From an uncultured cyanobacterium (GTDB lineage Bacteria > Cyanobacteriota > Cyanobacteriia > CAKZMO01), in contig CAVRCJ010000005.1 of NCBI GenBank assembly GCA_963719515.1, positions 96,001 through 160,000 of the forward strand: a stretch of DNA of 64,000 nucleotides. The letters are read 5' to 3'. Made by a program: the position numbers and the translations under genes. A model generated the notes under the pieces. The model had not been told where the DNA came from, did no database searches, and saw only the letters and a program-made list of their open reading frames with translations. Numbering within the stretch: the stretch's first letter is position 1; every line of letters begins with the position of its first letter. Below are positions 1 to 11,995 of the stretch, piece by piece.

Positions 1-781
1 TTGTTGAGCAAAAATCCGTAGCCTGGGACGACGATGCCCGAGCCGCCTGTGGACTCGATGGTGAGGGTGTAGGAGACCAGGTTGCCCGCTGCGTCGGCGG
101 CGGTGAGGTGGGTAGTGGAAAGCCCTTCGCCATCTATACTCGCGGCGACGGGCTCCAGCACAACGCTGGGGCTAGGGTCGGCTTGAAAGGGGTAGGGGTT
201 GCCGGGGGTGGCGGGAGCGATCGCGGCGGTGCCGGTGATGAGGTCGCGGCGGACGTCGGCGTAGTCAGGGGCGAGCAGTCCGGCCACCGGAGCGTCGACG
301 TATTCTGGGTCCCCCAGGTAGGCAGCGCGATCGCCGTAGGCCAGCCGCTCGGCTTCAATTACCTGGTGCCAAGCTTGGGAACGCTCTAGCCCGGAAAGGT
401 CGGTGCCCTCCAGTAGGTTGAGCACCTGGAATGAAGTGATGCCGCCGCTGCTGGGCAAGCCCATGCCGTAGAGCTGGTGGCCTCGGTAGGCGGTAGTGAC
501 GGGGGGACGCGCGACCACATGGTAGCGATCGAGGTCAGCTGAGGTCATACTGCCAGGGATGACGGGGAAGGGGGGCGCGTCTATGACGGGGGGCTGCTGC
601 ACCGTCTGCACAATGGCCGCGCCGATATCGCCCCGGTAGACGGCATTGGTGCCCGCCTCGGCAAGCCGGCGGTAGGTGCGGGCGAGGTCGGGGTTGCGGA
701 AAGTGCTGCCCACGGTGGGGGGCTGACCATCGGGCAAATAGAGGTCGCGGGTAGAGGTGAAGGCGGCGAAGCGCCCTTGAT

Positions 782-1347
782 CTAAAAACGGCTGCGCATA
801 CCCCGCAGCTTGCTGCGATTGGGATAAGCAGCCCGCCGACCGTCAGGTCGGCAATACAATTGGGTTATGAAGCTGCAACGAGCGAGTCACTGCGTGTATC
901 AAATCCGCTACCACATGGTGTTCTGCATCAAGTACCGTCGAGGGCTGTTGGTTCTAGAGGAACGGTGCGATTACTTGAAGGGAGTGTTCAAAGAAATCGG
1001 CGAACGCTACTGGTTTGAGCTTGAGGAGATGGGAACAGATGGCGATCATGTACATCTATTTGTGGGAGCAGCGCCTAAGTACGCGCCATCGCGAGTGATG
1101 CAGATTCTCAAAAGTATCAGCGCAAGAGAGATGTTCAAGCGGTTCCCAGAAATGCGCAAACAGTTGTGGGGAGGAGAGTTTTGGAGTGATGGCGGGTATA
1201 TCGGGACGGTCGGAGATGGGGTGAATACAGAAATCGTCAAACGCTATATTCAGGAGCAAGGCAGTGATGAAGAAAAGGTCAAAGGCCGTCAGATGAGGCT
1301 GTTTCCCCTCTAGATACCCCGCAGCTTGCTGCGATTGGGCTATTCAT
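782..1347 (+). mobile_element. IS200-type element (tnpA only)
   Basis: Identical subterminal hairpin ATACCCCGCAGCTTGCTGCGATTGGG at 798-823 and 1314-1339. Inserted 3' of TTGAT with no target duplication. Confidence 0.9.
867..1313 (+). CDS. tnpA: IS200/IS605 Y1 (HUH) transposase
   Basis: YHMVFCIKYRR, DHVHL (HUH), LWGGEFWSDGGY and YIQEQ motifs. Confidence 0.95.
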   Translation: MKLQRASHCVYQIRYHMVFCIKYRRGLLVLEERCDYLKGVFKEIGERYWFELEEMGTDGDHVHLFVGAAPKYAPSRVMQILKSISAREMFKRFPEMRKQLWGGEFWSDGGYIGTVGDGVNTEIVKRYIQEQGSDEEKVKGRQMRLFPL

Positions 1348-2011
1348 TAGCCGCGATTTGGTTCGCAAAAGTTTCGTCTACGGCGAACCCCGACTCAGCC
1401 AGCGCGATCGCGGGCTCCAGGGTTGCAGCCAGGGAGCGGGTGCCGTAGCGCGACAGGGCCTCCTGCCACAGCAGCGACGTCCCCGGTACGCCGACCGCTG
1501 CGCCGCTGGAGATGCGGTGGGGAAAGGGCAGGTTTTCCTCGGGGTTGTCGGGGTCGCGGAACATCGTGGGGGAGGCAGAGGCGGGGGCCTCTTCTCTGCC
1601 GTCTAAGGTCACTACCGTGCCGTTAGCCTGTCGCAGCACCATAAAGCCGCCGCCGCCGATGCCGCAGGAAAAGGGCTCTACAATGCCTAGCGCCGCCGCC
1701 GTCGCGATCGCCGCATCTACAGCGTTGCCCCCCTGCCGCAGCACCGCTAGCCCCACTTGGGTCGCGCGGGCATCCACAGAGGCGATCGCCCCACCGCTGC
1801 CCTGGGCGACCGGGCCGAGCGGGGCTTGGGCCCGGCTGGAGAGCCCTCCGCCGATGCAGACAAGCGTGACTAGAAGGGCTAGAGCGATCGCATTAATTCG
1901 GTGCCGCACGATGGGGTAACTCCCTGGATGTTTAATCTAATGTGCAAAATGCTGTAGGCGAGTCGGGTCGCGATGGATGAGCCCGGTAACGAGACAAGGT
2001 CGCGATCGCGA

Positions 2012-2377
2012 TCAACCAGACTGGGTTTTGGCACAGCTCATCAACCAGCTCGCCACCGTAGCGCGCCGAGTCTTGCGCGGCTCTAGCTCGTCAATGGTAT
2101 ATCCCGTGAACCCCAGGTCTGTTTTGAGCAGCTGCTTATTTTCCTTAGGAATTGAGCGGGTGAGCCTGACGGTGGGCGGACGGCTGTCGGTGAAGCGGGG
2201 AGGCTCGGGGTAGGCCTCTCGCCAGTCAGGGTCCACCTGCTCACTGTTCCAGGTGGCGCTGCCTGAGTCGTAGCGATAGCCGAGGTGATGCCACACCAGC
2301 TGGTTGACGGTGTCGTCGTCTAGCTCATCCTTGAGGATGGCCCAGTAGGTGTCTGAGGTAAGGGGAGGAAGCGTCAT
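2012..2377 (-). CDS. conserved cyanobacterial protein (DUF1823-like)
   Basis: Recognised motifs LVWHHLGYRY, RPPTVRLTRSIP and PRKTRRAT. Confidence 0.75.
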   Translation of the reverse strand: MTLPPLTSDTYWAILKDELDDDTVNQLVWHHLGYRYDSGSATWNSEQVDPDWREAYPEPPRFTDSRPPTVRLTRSIPKENKQLLKTDLGFTGYTIDELEPRKTRRATVASWLMSCAKTQSG

Positions 2378-2471
2378 GGCCTAAGGGAGCGTTCTGAGTT
2401 GAAAAGGTTCGGGGCGTGAAGGTTTGAGGCGAGAGTCTATAGTTTAGCTGCTAGACGGGAAGCCCCGCGAT

Positions 2472-2891
2472 TTACCCGCTAGGGTGAGCGTCGGGATGAG
2501 AGCCGCGGGTGCTGACGGGGTTCAATGCCCCAGAAGCACCCATCTCCGGGGCGTCCTGCTGCTCAATGTACCGTTTCAGCACAGAGACAGTGACCCCGCC
2601 ACAACTGGCGATAAAGTACGATTCGTTCCAGAGAACAGACTGCCAGTAGAACTGGTCTACTCGCTCTGCGAACTCCGACCTCAGCCTGCGGCTGGAAACA
2701 GACTTCAAATTACTGACGAACTTGGGTAGCTCCATCTGCGGATAATACTGAAACAGCAGATGAACGTGGTCGGCCTCTCCGTTGAACTCAATCATCTTGC
2801 AGTCCCACTTCTCGCACAGATCTCCGACAATCTCTAGAAGTCGCCGTATCATTTCTTCGGTAAAAACCTTACGGCAGTATTTCGTCGTCAA
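2472..2891 (-). CDS. tnpA: IS200/IS605 Y1 transposase (true start probably ~2952)
   Basis: DHVHLL, LKSVSSRRLR, LWNESYF and YIEQQ motifs. Confidence 0.9.
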   Translation of the reverse strand: MTTKYCRKVFTEEMIRRLLEIVGDLCEKWDCKMIEFNGEADHVHLLFQYYPQMELPKFVSNLKSVSSRRLRSEFAERVDQFYWQSVLWNESYFIASCGGVTVSVLKRYIEQQDAPEMGASGALNPVSTRGSHPDAHPSG

Positions 2892-3005
2892 AACCAGATG
2901 GGCCTTAAGGTCTGAAATTGAGCGACCGCTAGAAACAAAGTCATTTTTCCATGGTGCATCGAAATCAGCGTATGCTATTATGATATCACTGAATTAGACG
3001 CAGTA

Positions 3006-4181
3006 GTGAAAATCACCCATCAGTACAGGTTACGCCCAACGGCTGAGCAAACGGTTACCATGACCCGATGGCTAGATATGCTTCGGGCACAGTACAACTG
3101 GTTGCTGGCTGAGCGCTTCGACTGGTGGGAGATGAACCGCTGTTCGGTCAACGCCTGCCCACTCACCTGTAGCCTTGCGCCACTCAAAGATAATCCTAAT
3201 TACTGCAGCCAGAAGGCTAGCCTAGTACCTCTCAAGCGAGAGCGACCCTGGTACAAAGATTTGCATTCACAAGCGCTTCAGGAGGTGACGAAGCAGGTAA
3301 AGCAGACGTTCGAGCGTTTCATCAAAGGTGATAGGAATGGTAAGCGTAGCGGCAAGCCTCGGTTCAAAGGCGCGGGGCGCTACAGGACGTTCACGTTCCC
3401 TCAGATGAAACCTGACTGCATCGATGGAAGTCGTATTACCCTGCCTAAGATTGGCCAGGTGAAGCTAATCCTTCATCGCCCGATACCTGATGGGTTTACT
3501 GTCAAAACGGCCAAGGTGACTCGCAAAGCAGATGGTTGGTATGTGAGCCTGTTACTGGAAAACAATGCCGTTCCGATGCTTACTCCGGATGTCGATAGGG
3601 CTAAGTCTGTCGGTGTTGACGTTGGGCTGAAGGATTTCTTGGTTACCAGTGACGGTGAGAGCGTTCCTATCCCTCAGTTCTTTCGACGCTCAGAGCGGCA
3701 GCTATCGAGACAGAAGAAGGGCTCTAACCGCTGGCGTAAGCAGGTGAATCGCATCGCCAAACTGCATCTGAAAATATCGCGTCAGCGTCGTGATTTCTTT
3801 TCTAAGGTGTGGGACTGGCTGTTTTCAAAGTACGATGTTGTCGCTCATGAAAAGCTCAACATCAAAGGACTTGCTCGAACCAGACTGGCAAAGTCAATCG
3901 CTGATGCCGCATGGGGTACATTCTTGGAGATAGGCTCTTTCAAAGCCGCGAAAGCTGGAAAGATGACCATCGCTGAGAACCCACGCGGAACCAGCATTGA
4001 TTGCTCGGGTTGTGGTGAGCGGGTACCAAAGACGCTGGCCGATCGGGTCCATAGTTGCCCATCATGCGGCTTAACGATCTGTCGCGACCACAACGCGGCT
4101 ATCAACCTATTGAATAGGGCTGTGGGACATCAAGCCCTTAATCTCTCAGGAAATGTCTCAGCAGTAGCTGGGAGTCACTGA
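3006..4181 (+). CDS. tnpB: RNA-guided endonuclease TnpB
   Basis: N-terminal YRLRPT HTH, RuvC residues (GVDVG, HEKL, RDHNAA) and a CxxC...CxxC zinc ribbon. Confidence 0.95.
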   Translation: MKITHQYRLRPTAEQTVTMTRWLDMLRAQYNWLLAERFDWWEMNRCSVNACPLTCSLAPLKDNPNYCSQKASLVPLKRERPWYKDLHSQALQEVTKQVKQTFERFIKGDRNGKRSGKPRFKGAGRYRTFTFPQMKPDCIDGSRITLPKIGQVKLILHRPIPDGFTVKTAKVTRKADGWYVSLLLENNAVPMLTPDVDRAKSVGVDVGLKDFLVTSDGESVPIPQFFRRSERQLSRQKKGSNRWRKQVNRIAKLHLKISRQRRDFFSKVWDWLFSKYDVVAHEKLNIKGLARTRLAKSIADAAWGTFLEIGSFKAAKAGKMTIAENPRGTSIDCSGCGERVPKTLADRVHSCPSCGLTICRDHNAAINLLNRAVGHQALNLSGNVSAVAGSH

Positions 4182-4361
4182 GGAAGCCCGCGCTGTATGC
4201 GTAGCATCAGCGTCAGGAGGATGTCACAGGGTGCCTAAACGGTATCACCCCAGCTGCCGCTGTGTCAGCCCAGCTCCCCTGGCAGACAGTTTTTTACACT
4301 AGGCTTACCGAGCCATAGGGCTATCAAGCTACACTACTGGAGTTATCGCGCACTGTAGCCC

Positions 4362-4862
4362 ATGTCTTCGCGTCCTCCATCCCCCCCACCAGCAGAGAAC
4401 CATCCGGCTCTAGAGAGACTCCGCTCTCTCAGTAATCTGCTCGACAACGCGATTCAAATTCCGGGGACGGACTATCGCATTGGGCTAGACCCGATTTTGG
4501 GGCTGCTGCCTGCGGGCGGCGATGTCGTCGGCACAGTGCTGTCGGCCTACCTGATTGTAGAAGCGGCTCGGCTGCAGGTGCCCACCAATATCATCGCCCA
4601 GATGGCCTTCAACATTGCTCTTGAGACCATCGTCGGTGCGGTGCCGGTTGTGGGGGATCTGTTTGATTTTGCCTGGAAGGCCAACGCCCGCAACCTCAAG
4701 CTGCTGGAATCTCAGTTTGAGCCGTCGATGCGGTTGGCGAGGCCCAGACCTCGGCAGCGCTGGCGCATCTTTTTAATCTTGATGGCGCTGGGGCTAGTGT
4801 TGGCGCTCGTTATTGCAGTCTATGTGGTGCTGCTGCGGTGGCTGGTGAGTTTGTTTGGCTGA
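4362..4862 (+). CDS. DUF4112 membrane protein
   Basis: LLDNAIQIPGT, GLDPILGLLP and GDLFDFAWKAN motifs. Confidence 0.85.
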   Translation: MSSRPPSPPPAENHPALERLRSLSNLLDNAIQIPGTDYRIGLDPILGLLPAGGDVVGTVLSAYLIVEAARLQVPTNIIAQMAFNIALETIVGAVPVVGDLFDFAWKANARNLKLLESQFEPSMRLARPRPRQRWRIFLILMALGLVLALVIAVYVVLLRWLVSLFG

Positions 4863-6052
4863 GCTGCGGCCCAGCGAATAGGCTGAATAAACGCGATCGC
4901 CGCTAGAAATGCGATCGCTCCGGTGCCGAACAGGGCAGCGGTGCCTAAGTTCGCGTTTTTGATGAAGCCGCCAAAGACGCTGGCAGCGAGCGCCGCACCT
5001 CCAAAGTAGAGGCCTGTACCCAGCCCGCCTCGATGCGGAGGCACTGCCGATAGAGCGATGGGAATGGTGCAGTTGAACACCAAGCTGAGACCGCTGCCAA
5101 CGGCGATCGCGCCCGCGACGGCAGTCCCAAGAGTTCCGGGGTAGATCAGGGCAAGGCAAAGGGCAGACAAAAGCGCTAACCCCAGCGCCATTGCTCTAAA
5201 CGCGCCTAGCCGCTTTGCCAAGGTTCCGGCGGGGAAGGCAAAGCACACGATAGTAATGTAAATAACTCCCATCACTAGATTGGGCTGGGGGGTGAGGCGA
5301 CCGAGCTGAGTAGGAAACGTCGTCAGCAACAGCTGCAGTCCCAGGGTGATGCTGAAACCGGAGGCGAACGTGGCGGCGAGGGCAGGCAGGACGAGTCTCC
5401 CCGATGGTTTTTCAGCAAGCTCACTGCTCAGGGATTGATTGGGGTTGGTAAACCGCAGCACCAGCGCTGAGCCCAGCATAGCCAACGACCCCAGGGTAAA
5501 GGCGAGCAGCGGCCCCACCCGCAAGATAGCATCTCCTGCCAAAGGCGCTAGGGCACCGGCAACACCCCCCACAAGGGTAAGAATGCTGGCCGCTTGAGGC
5601 TGGCGGGTGGCGATCGCATAGCGCCCCAGCAGCGAAAGCACCGGGCTACGGAACACAGTCATGGAGAGCGCCCACAGCACCATGGCGGTGGGTAAGAGCC
5701 AGCGGGTGGCGGCGGTGGGGCTTCCGGCTATAAGCGTCAGGGGAATGCCTAAAAAGCAAACCGAGGCCAGGACAATGCCGCTGGCAATGAAGGGAAACCG
5801 ACTTCCCACCCAGCGCTGACTTTGGTCAGACAGACTTCCCATGATGGGTTCCATCACCATTGCGGCTCCCGCCTCTACAATCAGCAGTCCGGCAACGAAG
5901 CCAGTAGAGAAGCCGTATTGAGTCAGCAGCCGTAGGAGATAAAGGTTGTAGATCACCCAGGTGAGACTGATGGCACCCTGCACAGCGGCCAACCCCCAGA
6001 CTTGGGGCCAGAGAATGGGAGGCGACGGGGGTGCTGACCGATGGGATGTCAT
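4820..6052 (-). CDS. MFS transporter
   Basis: About 12 hydrophobic segments and a GSLSD...GSRFPF MFS loop motif. Confidence 0.8.
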   Translation of the reverse strand: MTSHRSAPPSPPILWPQVWGLAAVQGAISLTWVIYNLYLLRLLTQYGFSTGFVAGLLIVEAGAAMVMEPIMGSLSDQSQRWVGSRFPFIASGIVLASVCFLGIPLTLIAGSPTAATRWLLPTAMVLWALSMTVFRSPVLSLLGRYAIATRQPQAASILTLVGGVAGALAPLAGDAILRVGPLLAFTLGSLAMLGSALVLRFTNPNQSLSSELAEKPSGRLVLPALAATFASGFSITLGLQLLLTTFPTQLGRLTPQPNLVMGVIYITIVCFAFPAGTLAKRLGAFRAMALGLALLSALCLALIYPGTLGTAVAGAIAVGSGLSLVFNCTIPIALSAVPPHRGGLGTGLYFGGAALAASVFGGFIKNANLGTAALFGTGAIAFLAAIAFIQPIRWAAAQPNKLTSHRSSTT

Positions 6053-6076
6053 ATTGCTCTTCTAGGGCGGATAGCT

Positions 6077-6424
6077 TTAGGGGGCGGGGGCGGGGGGCGC
6101 TGCCAAATGGGCGTAACCATACATGCGGGGATGAAAAAGAGACTGAACCGGGCGATCGCTCTCTAGATGCTCGGCGACGATGGTGGCAACATCGCTGGGC
6201 TTAATGCGGCAGTATGAGACGCCGTCCGGCATAATGCGGACGTTGGGACCAACGCTACACTGGCTCATGCAGCCGCTTTCCGCAACGAAGACGGGAGGGG
6301 CGGTTTGGGCCTGAAACGCGTCAAACACTTCCGCAGCGCCGCTTCTTAGACAAGAGCGGTGCTGGCAAATTAAGATACAGCGGCGGTTCGAGGGCTCGGA
6401 CGGGCTGAAGGAATCCATGGGCAA
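6077..6424 (-). CDS. thioredoxin-like (2Fe-2S) ferredoxin
   Basis: CQHRSC...SGCMSQCSVGPNV cysteine pattern. Confidence 0.85.
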   Translation of the reverse strand: MPMDSFSPSEPSNRRCILICQHRSCLRSGAAEVFDAFQAQTAPPVFVAESGCMSQCSVGPNVRIMPDGVSYCRIKPSDVATIVAEHLESDRPVQSLFHPRMYGYAHLAAPPAPAP

Positions 6425-6743
6425 GACTCTAGACCTATGCCCATAAGCATAGGCAATCTGGAGGGCAGCTGTCTAATCTGACTCCAAATCCTCACGCAAT
6501 CCAAGCTAGACCTCTTATTGGAGAGCTCTTTGCTGAAGCGCTCTCTAAGGCCGGGAACAAATTACCCCACAAGGCTTTCCAGCGATCGCATAGTGCCTTA
6601 GTAGGGACAGCCCCAAGCGGCAGAACACCGCCTCCAACTTTCAATGGCCTAAGGCAAATCTCCGCCTCTAGCGGCTTAGACCCACAAAGCTCGCTAGCAT
6701 GGTGATAGCAAGGCACAGCATCGCCGTAGTTCAACTAGAAATC

Positions 6744-7583
6744 ATGCCAGAGGGACCAGAAATTAGGCGAGCCGCCGACAAGATTGCCGGAGTGCTAGTC
6801 AACCAAGTGGTAGTAGAGGTTTTTTTTGCCTTTGAGTCTCTCAAGCCCTACGAAGCAGTTCTCAAAGCCCAAACCGTTATGGCTGTGGAGCCTCGGGGTA
6901 AGGCCATGCTCATCCGCTTCGACAATGGCCTGAATATCTACAGCCACAATCAGCTTTACGGCAAGTGGATGGTGCGCCGCGCCCGCAGCTACCCCGACAC
7001 CAACCGGCAGCTGCGGCTCGCCCTCCACACCGCCCAAAAATCAGCCCTGCTCTACAGCGCTTCCGACATTGAGGTTCTCCCAGATGAGGCTCTAGGGGCG
7101 CATCCCTTTCTCCGCCGCATCGGTCCCGACGTGCTTGACGCCGATGTCAGCCCCTCTCAGATCACTCAGCGCCTTCAAGACAAGGCCTTCTATCGCCGCC
7201 AGCTCGCCATCCTGCTGCTCGATCAGCATTTTCTGTGCGGCTTAGGGAACTACCTGCGCAGCGAAATTCTCTTCGACGCGGGGATCTACCCCACCTGTCG
7301 CCCCACCGACTGCTCCCTCGGCTCCCTCAAGCGTTTAGGCGAAAGCGCGATCGCCCTTCCTCGCCGCTCCTACGATACAGGCGGCATCACCAATGACCTA
7401 GATCGCGCCATGGCCCTCAAAGCCGAAGGGCAGCCGCGCCGCGCCTACCGCCACTCTGTATTTGGCCGGGAGGGGAAGCCGTGCTACCGCTGCAGCACCG
7501 CTATCATTAAAGAGACCTTTGGCGGACGCCGATGCTATTATTGCCCGGTCTGTCAGCCGACAAACTGCCTGTCTGCCTCTTAG
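6744..7583 (+). CDS. nei: endonuclease VIII (Fpg/Nei glycosylase)
   Basis: Starts MPEGPEIRR; has RGKAML, HNQLYGKW, GLGNYLRSEIL and a C-terminal zinc finger. Confidence 0.92.
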   Translation: MPEGPEIRRAADKIAGVLVNQVVVEVFFAFESLKPYEAVLKAQTVMAVEPRGKAMLIRFDNGLNIYSHNQLYGKWMVRRARSYPDTNRQLRLALHTAQKSALLYSASDIEVLPDEALGAHPFLRRIGPDVLDADVSPSQITQRLQDKAFYRRQLAILLLDQHFLCGLGNYLRSEILFDAGIYPTCRPTDCSLGSLKRLGESAIALPRRSYDTGGITNDLDRAMALKAEGQPRRAYRHSVFGREGKPCYRCSTAIIKETFGGRRCYYCPVCQPTNCLSAS

Positions 7584-7596
7584 ATCCATTTCCCGT

Positions 7597-8649
7597 ATGA
7601 CTCACAGCTACTTCCGCCCCAACGTCGACGCGATGACGGGGTACGTGCCCGGAGAGCAGCCCAAGCCCGGCACCTCCATCCTCAAGCTCAATACCAACGA
7701 GAACCCCTACCCCCCGTCACCAGAAGCGATCGCGGTGCTGCACGACTTTGATGGCGAGCGGCTGCGGCGCTACCCCCACCCCTACGCCGACGAGTTTCGT
7801 CAAGCCATCAGCGCGGTGTTCGGGGTGCCGCTCGACTGGATTATGGTGGGCAACGGCAGTGATGAGATTCTCAACGTGATTATTCGGGCCTGCGCTGAAG
7901 GACCCCGTAAGGTGGTCTATCCGACGCCCACCTATGTGCTGTACAAGACTCTAGCGGAAATTCAGCCTGCGGAGGTGGTGGAGGTGCCTTACCTGAGCGA
8001 ATATAGGCTGCCCGTAGATGCTCTAGCCGAAGCTGATGGGGCAATCACCTTCATCGCTTCCCCCAATAGCCCCTCGGGCCACGTCGTGCCCCTAGAGGAC
8101 CTGCGGCTTCTCGCCTCACGACTCTCCGGCATTCTGATGGTAGATGAGGCCTACGTGGATTTTGCAGAGGATTCGGCGCTGCCGCTGGTGCAGGAGTTTG
8201 ACAACGTGATCGTCAGCCGGACGCTGTCCAAGGGATATTCCCTGGCGGGGCTGCGGCTGGGGTTTGGCATCGCCCAGCCTGCGCTGCTGAGCGGCCTGTT
8301 CAAGGTAAAAGACAGCTACAACATCGACGCGATCGCCTGCGCGGTGGGGGCGGCGGCCATGCGGGACCAGGACTACAAAAACGCCTGCGTTGAGAAGGTG
8401 AAGCGGTCCCGGGGAACGCTCGCGATCGCGCTGGAGAAGCTGGGATTTGAGGTGCCGGAGTCCCACGGCAATTTTTTGTGGGTGACGCCGCCGAGCGGTA
8501 ATTCGGAGGCAATTTACCTAAACCTAAAGGAAAAAGGGCTGCTAGTGCGCTACTTCAAGCAGCCTGATCTAAACCAAAATCTGCGGATTACGGTGGGGAC
8601 TGAAGCGCAAAATGAGCAACTGCTGGCGCTGCTGGGGCCAATAGTGTAA
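7597..8649 (+). CDS. hisC: histidinol-phosphate transaminase
   Basis: KLNTNENPY, GNGSDE, VDEAY and RTLSKGYSLAGLRLG motifs. Confidence 0.93.
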   Translation: MTHSYFRPNVDAMTGYVPGEQPKPGTSILKLNTNENPYPPSPEAIAVLHDFDGERLRRYPHPYADEFRQAISAVFGVPLDWIMVGNGSDEILNVIIRACAEGPRKVVYPTPTYVLYKTLAEIQPAEVVEVPYLSEYRLPVDALAEADGAITFIASPNSPSGHVVPLEDLRLLASRLSGILMVDEAYVDFAEDSALPLVQEFDNVIVSRTLSKGYSLAGLRLGFGIAQPALLSGLFKVKDSYNIDAIACAVGAAAMRDQDYKNACVEKVKRSRGTLAIALEKLGFEVPESHGNFLWVTPPSGNSEAIYLNLKEKGLLVRYFKQPDLNQNLRITVGTEAQNEQLLALLGPIV

Positions 8650-8764
8650 TGCGGTTCAGGTTGACTTTGATCTATTCCCTTACAAAGCCACAAAATAGGA
8701 GCAGACGATTGCACACCAGGTAACTGAGACCCAAAGACCCTATGCCCATGCTGGCAAACCGCCT

Positions 8765-9367
8765 ATGCAGTCATCAAAACCACGTCCAGATTCAGTCTTG
8801 AGGCTAGAACCAAGCACGCTGAAGCGTTGGTCGGTGCATGAGTACCATCGCATGAGCGAGCTTGGATTTCTTGATATTGACGAACGGACTGAACTGATTG
8901 ACGGATACATCACGCTGATGGCTGCTAAAGGCACACCACATGTCACCGCGCTTCACCTGTTGGCCAATGCGTTGCGCAATCAGCTGGGTGATGCTGCCCT
9001 GGTGCGCACCCAAGATCCAATTTTTCTGGGCGATTTCTCGGAACCTGAACCTGATTTGGCCGTTGTTCAAGGAGACATACTGGATTACGCCGAGCAGCAC
9101 CCTCACCCTAATCAGATTCATCTTCTCGTGGAGGTCGCTGATTTGACGTTGAAGCAGGACTGCGAGGTGAAAGACAAGCTCTATGCTCGAGCGGGTATCC
9201 AAGATTACTGGGTATTAGACCTCAAAAATCGCCAGCTCCATCTGTTTCGTGGTCCGTCTTCGAAGGGGTACAATCACCATCTGATTCTTGCAGAACCGGA
9301 GCAGGGGTCTCTTTTGGCTTTTCCTGGTGTCAGGCTGGCGCTCTCGTCAATTTTGCCGCCTGCATAG
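8765..9367 (+). CDS. Uma2-family endonuclease
   Basis: PEPDLAVV, LLVEVAD and YARAGIQDYW motifs. Confidence 0.9.
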   Translation: MQSSKPRPDSVLRLEPSTLKRWSVHEYHRMSELGFLDIDERTELIDGYITLMAAKGTPHVTALHLLANALRNQLGDAALVRTQDPIFLGDFSEPEPDLAVVQGDILDYAEQHPHPNQIHLLVEVADLTLKQDCEVKDKLYARAGIQDYWVLDLKNRQLHLFRGPSSKGYNHHLILAEPEQGSLLAFPGVRLALSSILPPA

Positions 9368-9525
9368 ACGGTGTCGAATTTGATTCACGGCCTGTCGGTT
9401 CATAGATGTCGGGCTGGTGTTTTTTGCTGTGCAGTCTAATTGAGTCGATGGTTTGGAACCAACATTGGTGAGTTTGCTTTCTTTTCGATGAAGCGATCGC
9501 TTCTGAGGTGATGGGGTTAGTTGTG

Positions 9526-9540
9526 GTTTCAATCCCCTTG
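9526..9540 (-). CRISPR. separated half of the terminal CRISPR repeat of array 1
   Basis: GTTTCAATCCCCTTG joined to CGGGGTGATGAGGTGCTGAAC (11996-12016) gives a 36-nt repeat with 4 mismatches to the array consensus. Confidence 0.88.
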
Positions 9541-9552
9541 TATGTTTAGAAA

Positions 9553-11624
<2,072 letters not shown>

Positions 11625-11995
11625 ATTGCACTCGAACCGTGCTATTCGAGCGTACTATCAGCATCTGCTTAAGCAGGGCAAGCCTAAGAAGGTGGCGATT
11701 GTCGCCTGTATGCGCAAGTTCTTGATTTGTCTCAATGCGATGGTGAAGACGAAGACGCTGTGGGATGACGACAAAGTGACGGCTCAGTTTCAGTCGAATT
11801 AGCAGCTTTCAGAGGCACAAACATACGGTAATTGTGACAGCTTAGCTTGAAGATGTGACAGTTCAGCCCTCAATTTGACGCGTGAGGAGGCTGATAGTTT
11901 GTGCTGCGCAAAATGCTTGGCTTGATGGCTCAAAGTTACTGTCGAGAACCTCGCTTTTTGCTTTGCGTCCCCTTGACGATAAACATAATCGCTTG

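Larger units (their letters stand above)
1..1909 (-). pseudogene. ggt: gamma-glutamyltransferase interrupted by an IS200 element; continues past the window start
   Basis: N-terminal motifs GGNAVDAAIA, GIGGGGF and LDGREEAP. Removing 782-1347 restores the frame (...QIAAN-QGRFAAFTSTRDLYLPDG...). The downstream part encodes MGLPSSGG and STTHLTAADAAGN-type motifs. Confidence 0.9.
2448..4227 (+). mobile_element. IS605-type element with divergent tnpA and tnpB
   Basis: Left end follows TTTAG and right end finishes GGATGTCAC. Related GAAGCCC(C)GCG...AGCGTC hairpins occur at both ends. Confidence 0.85.

Noticed and set aside
3006..4181. TnpB proteins (also 36388-37512) as Cas12-like effectors of the arrays
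   Set aside because: Both lie within complete IS200/IS605 ends and are not adjacent to an array.
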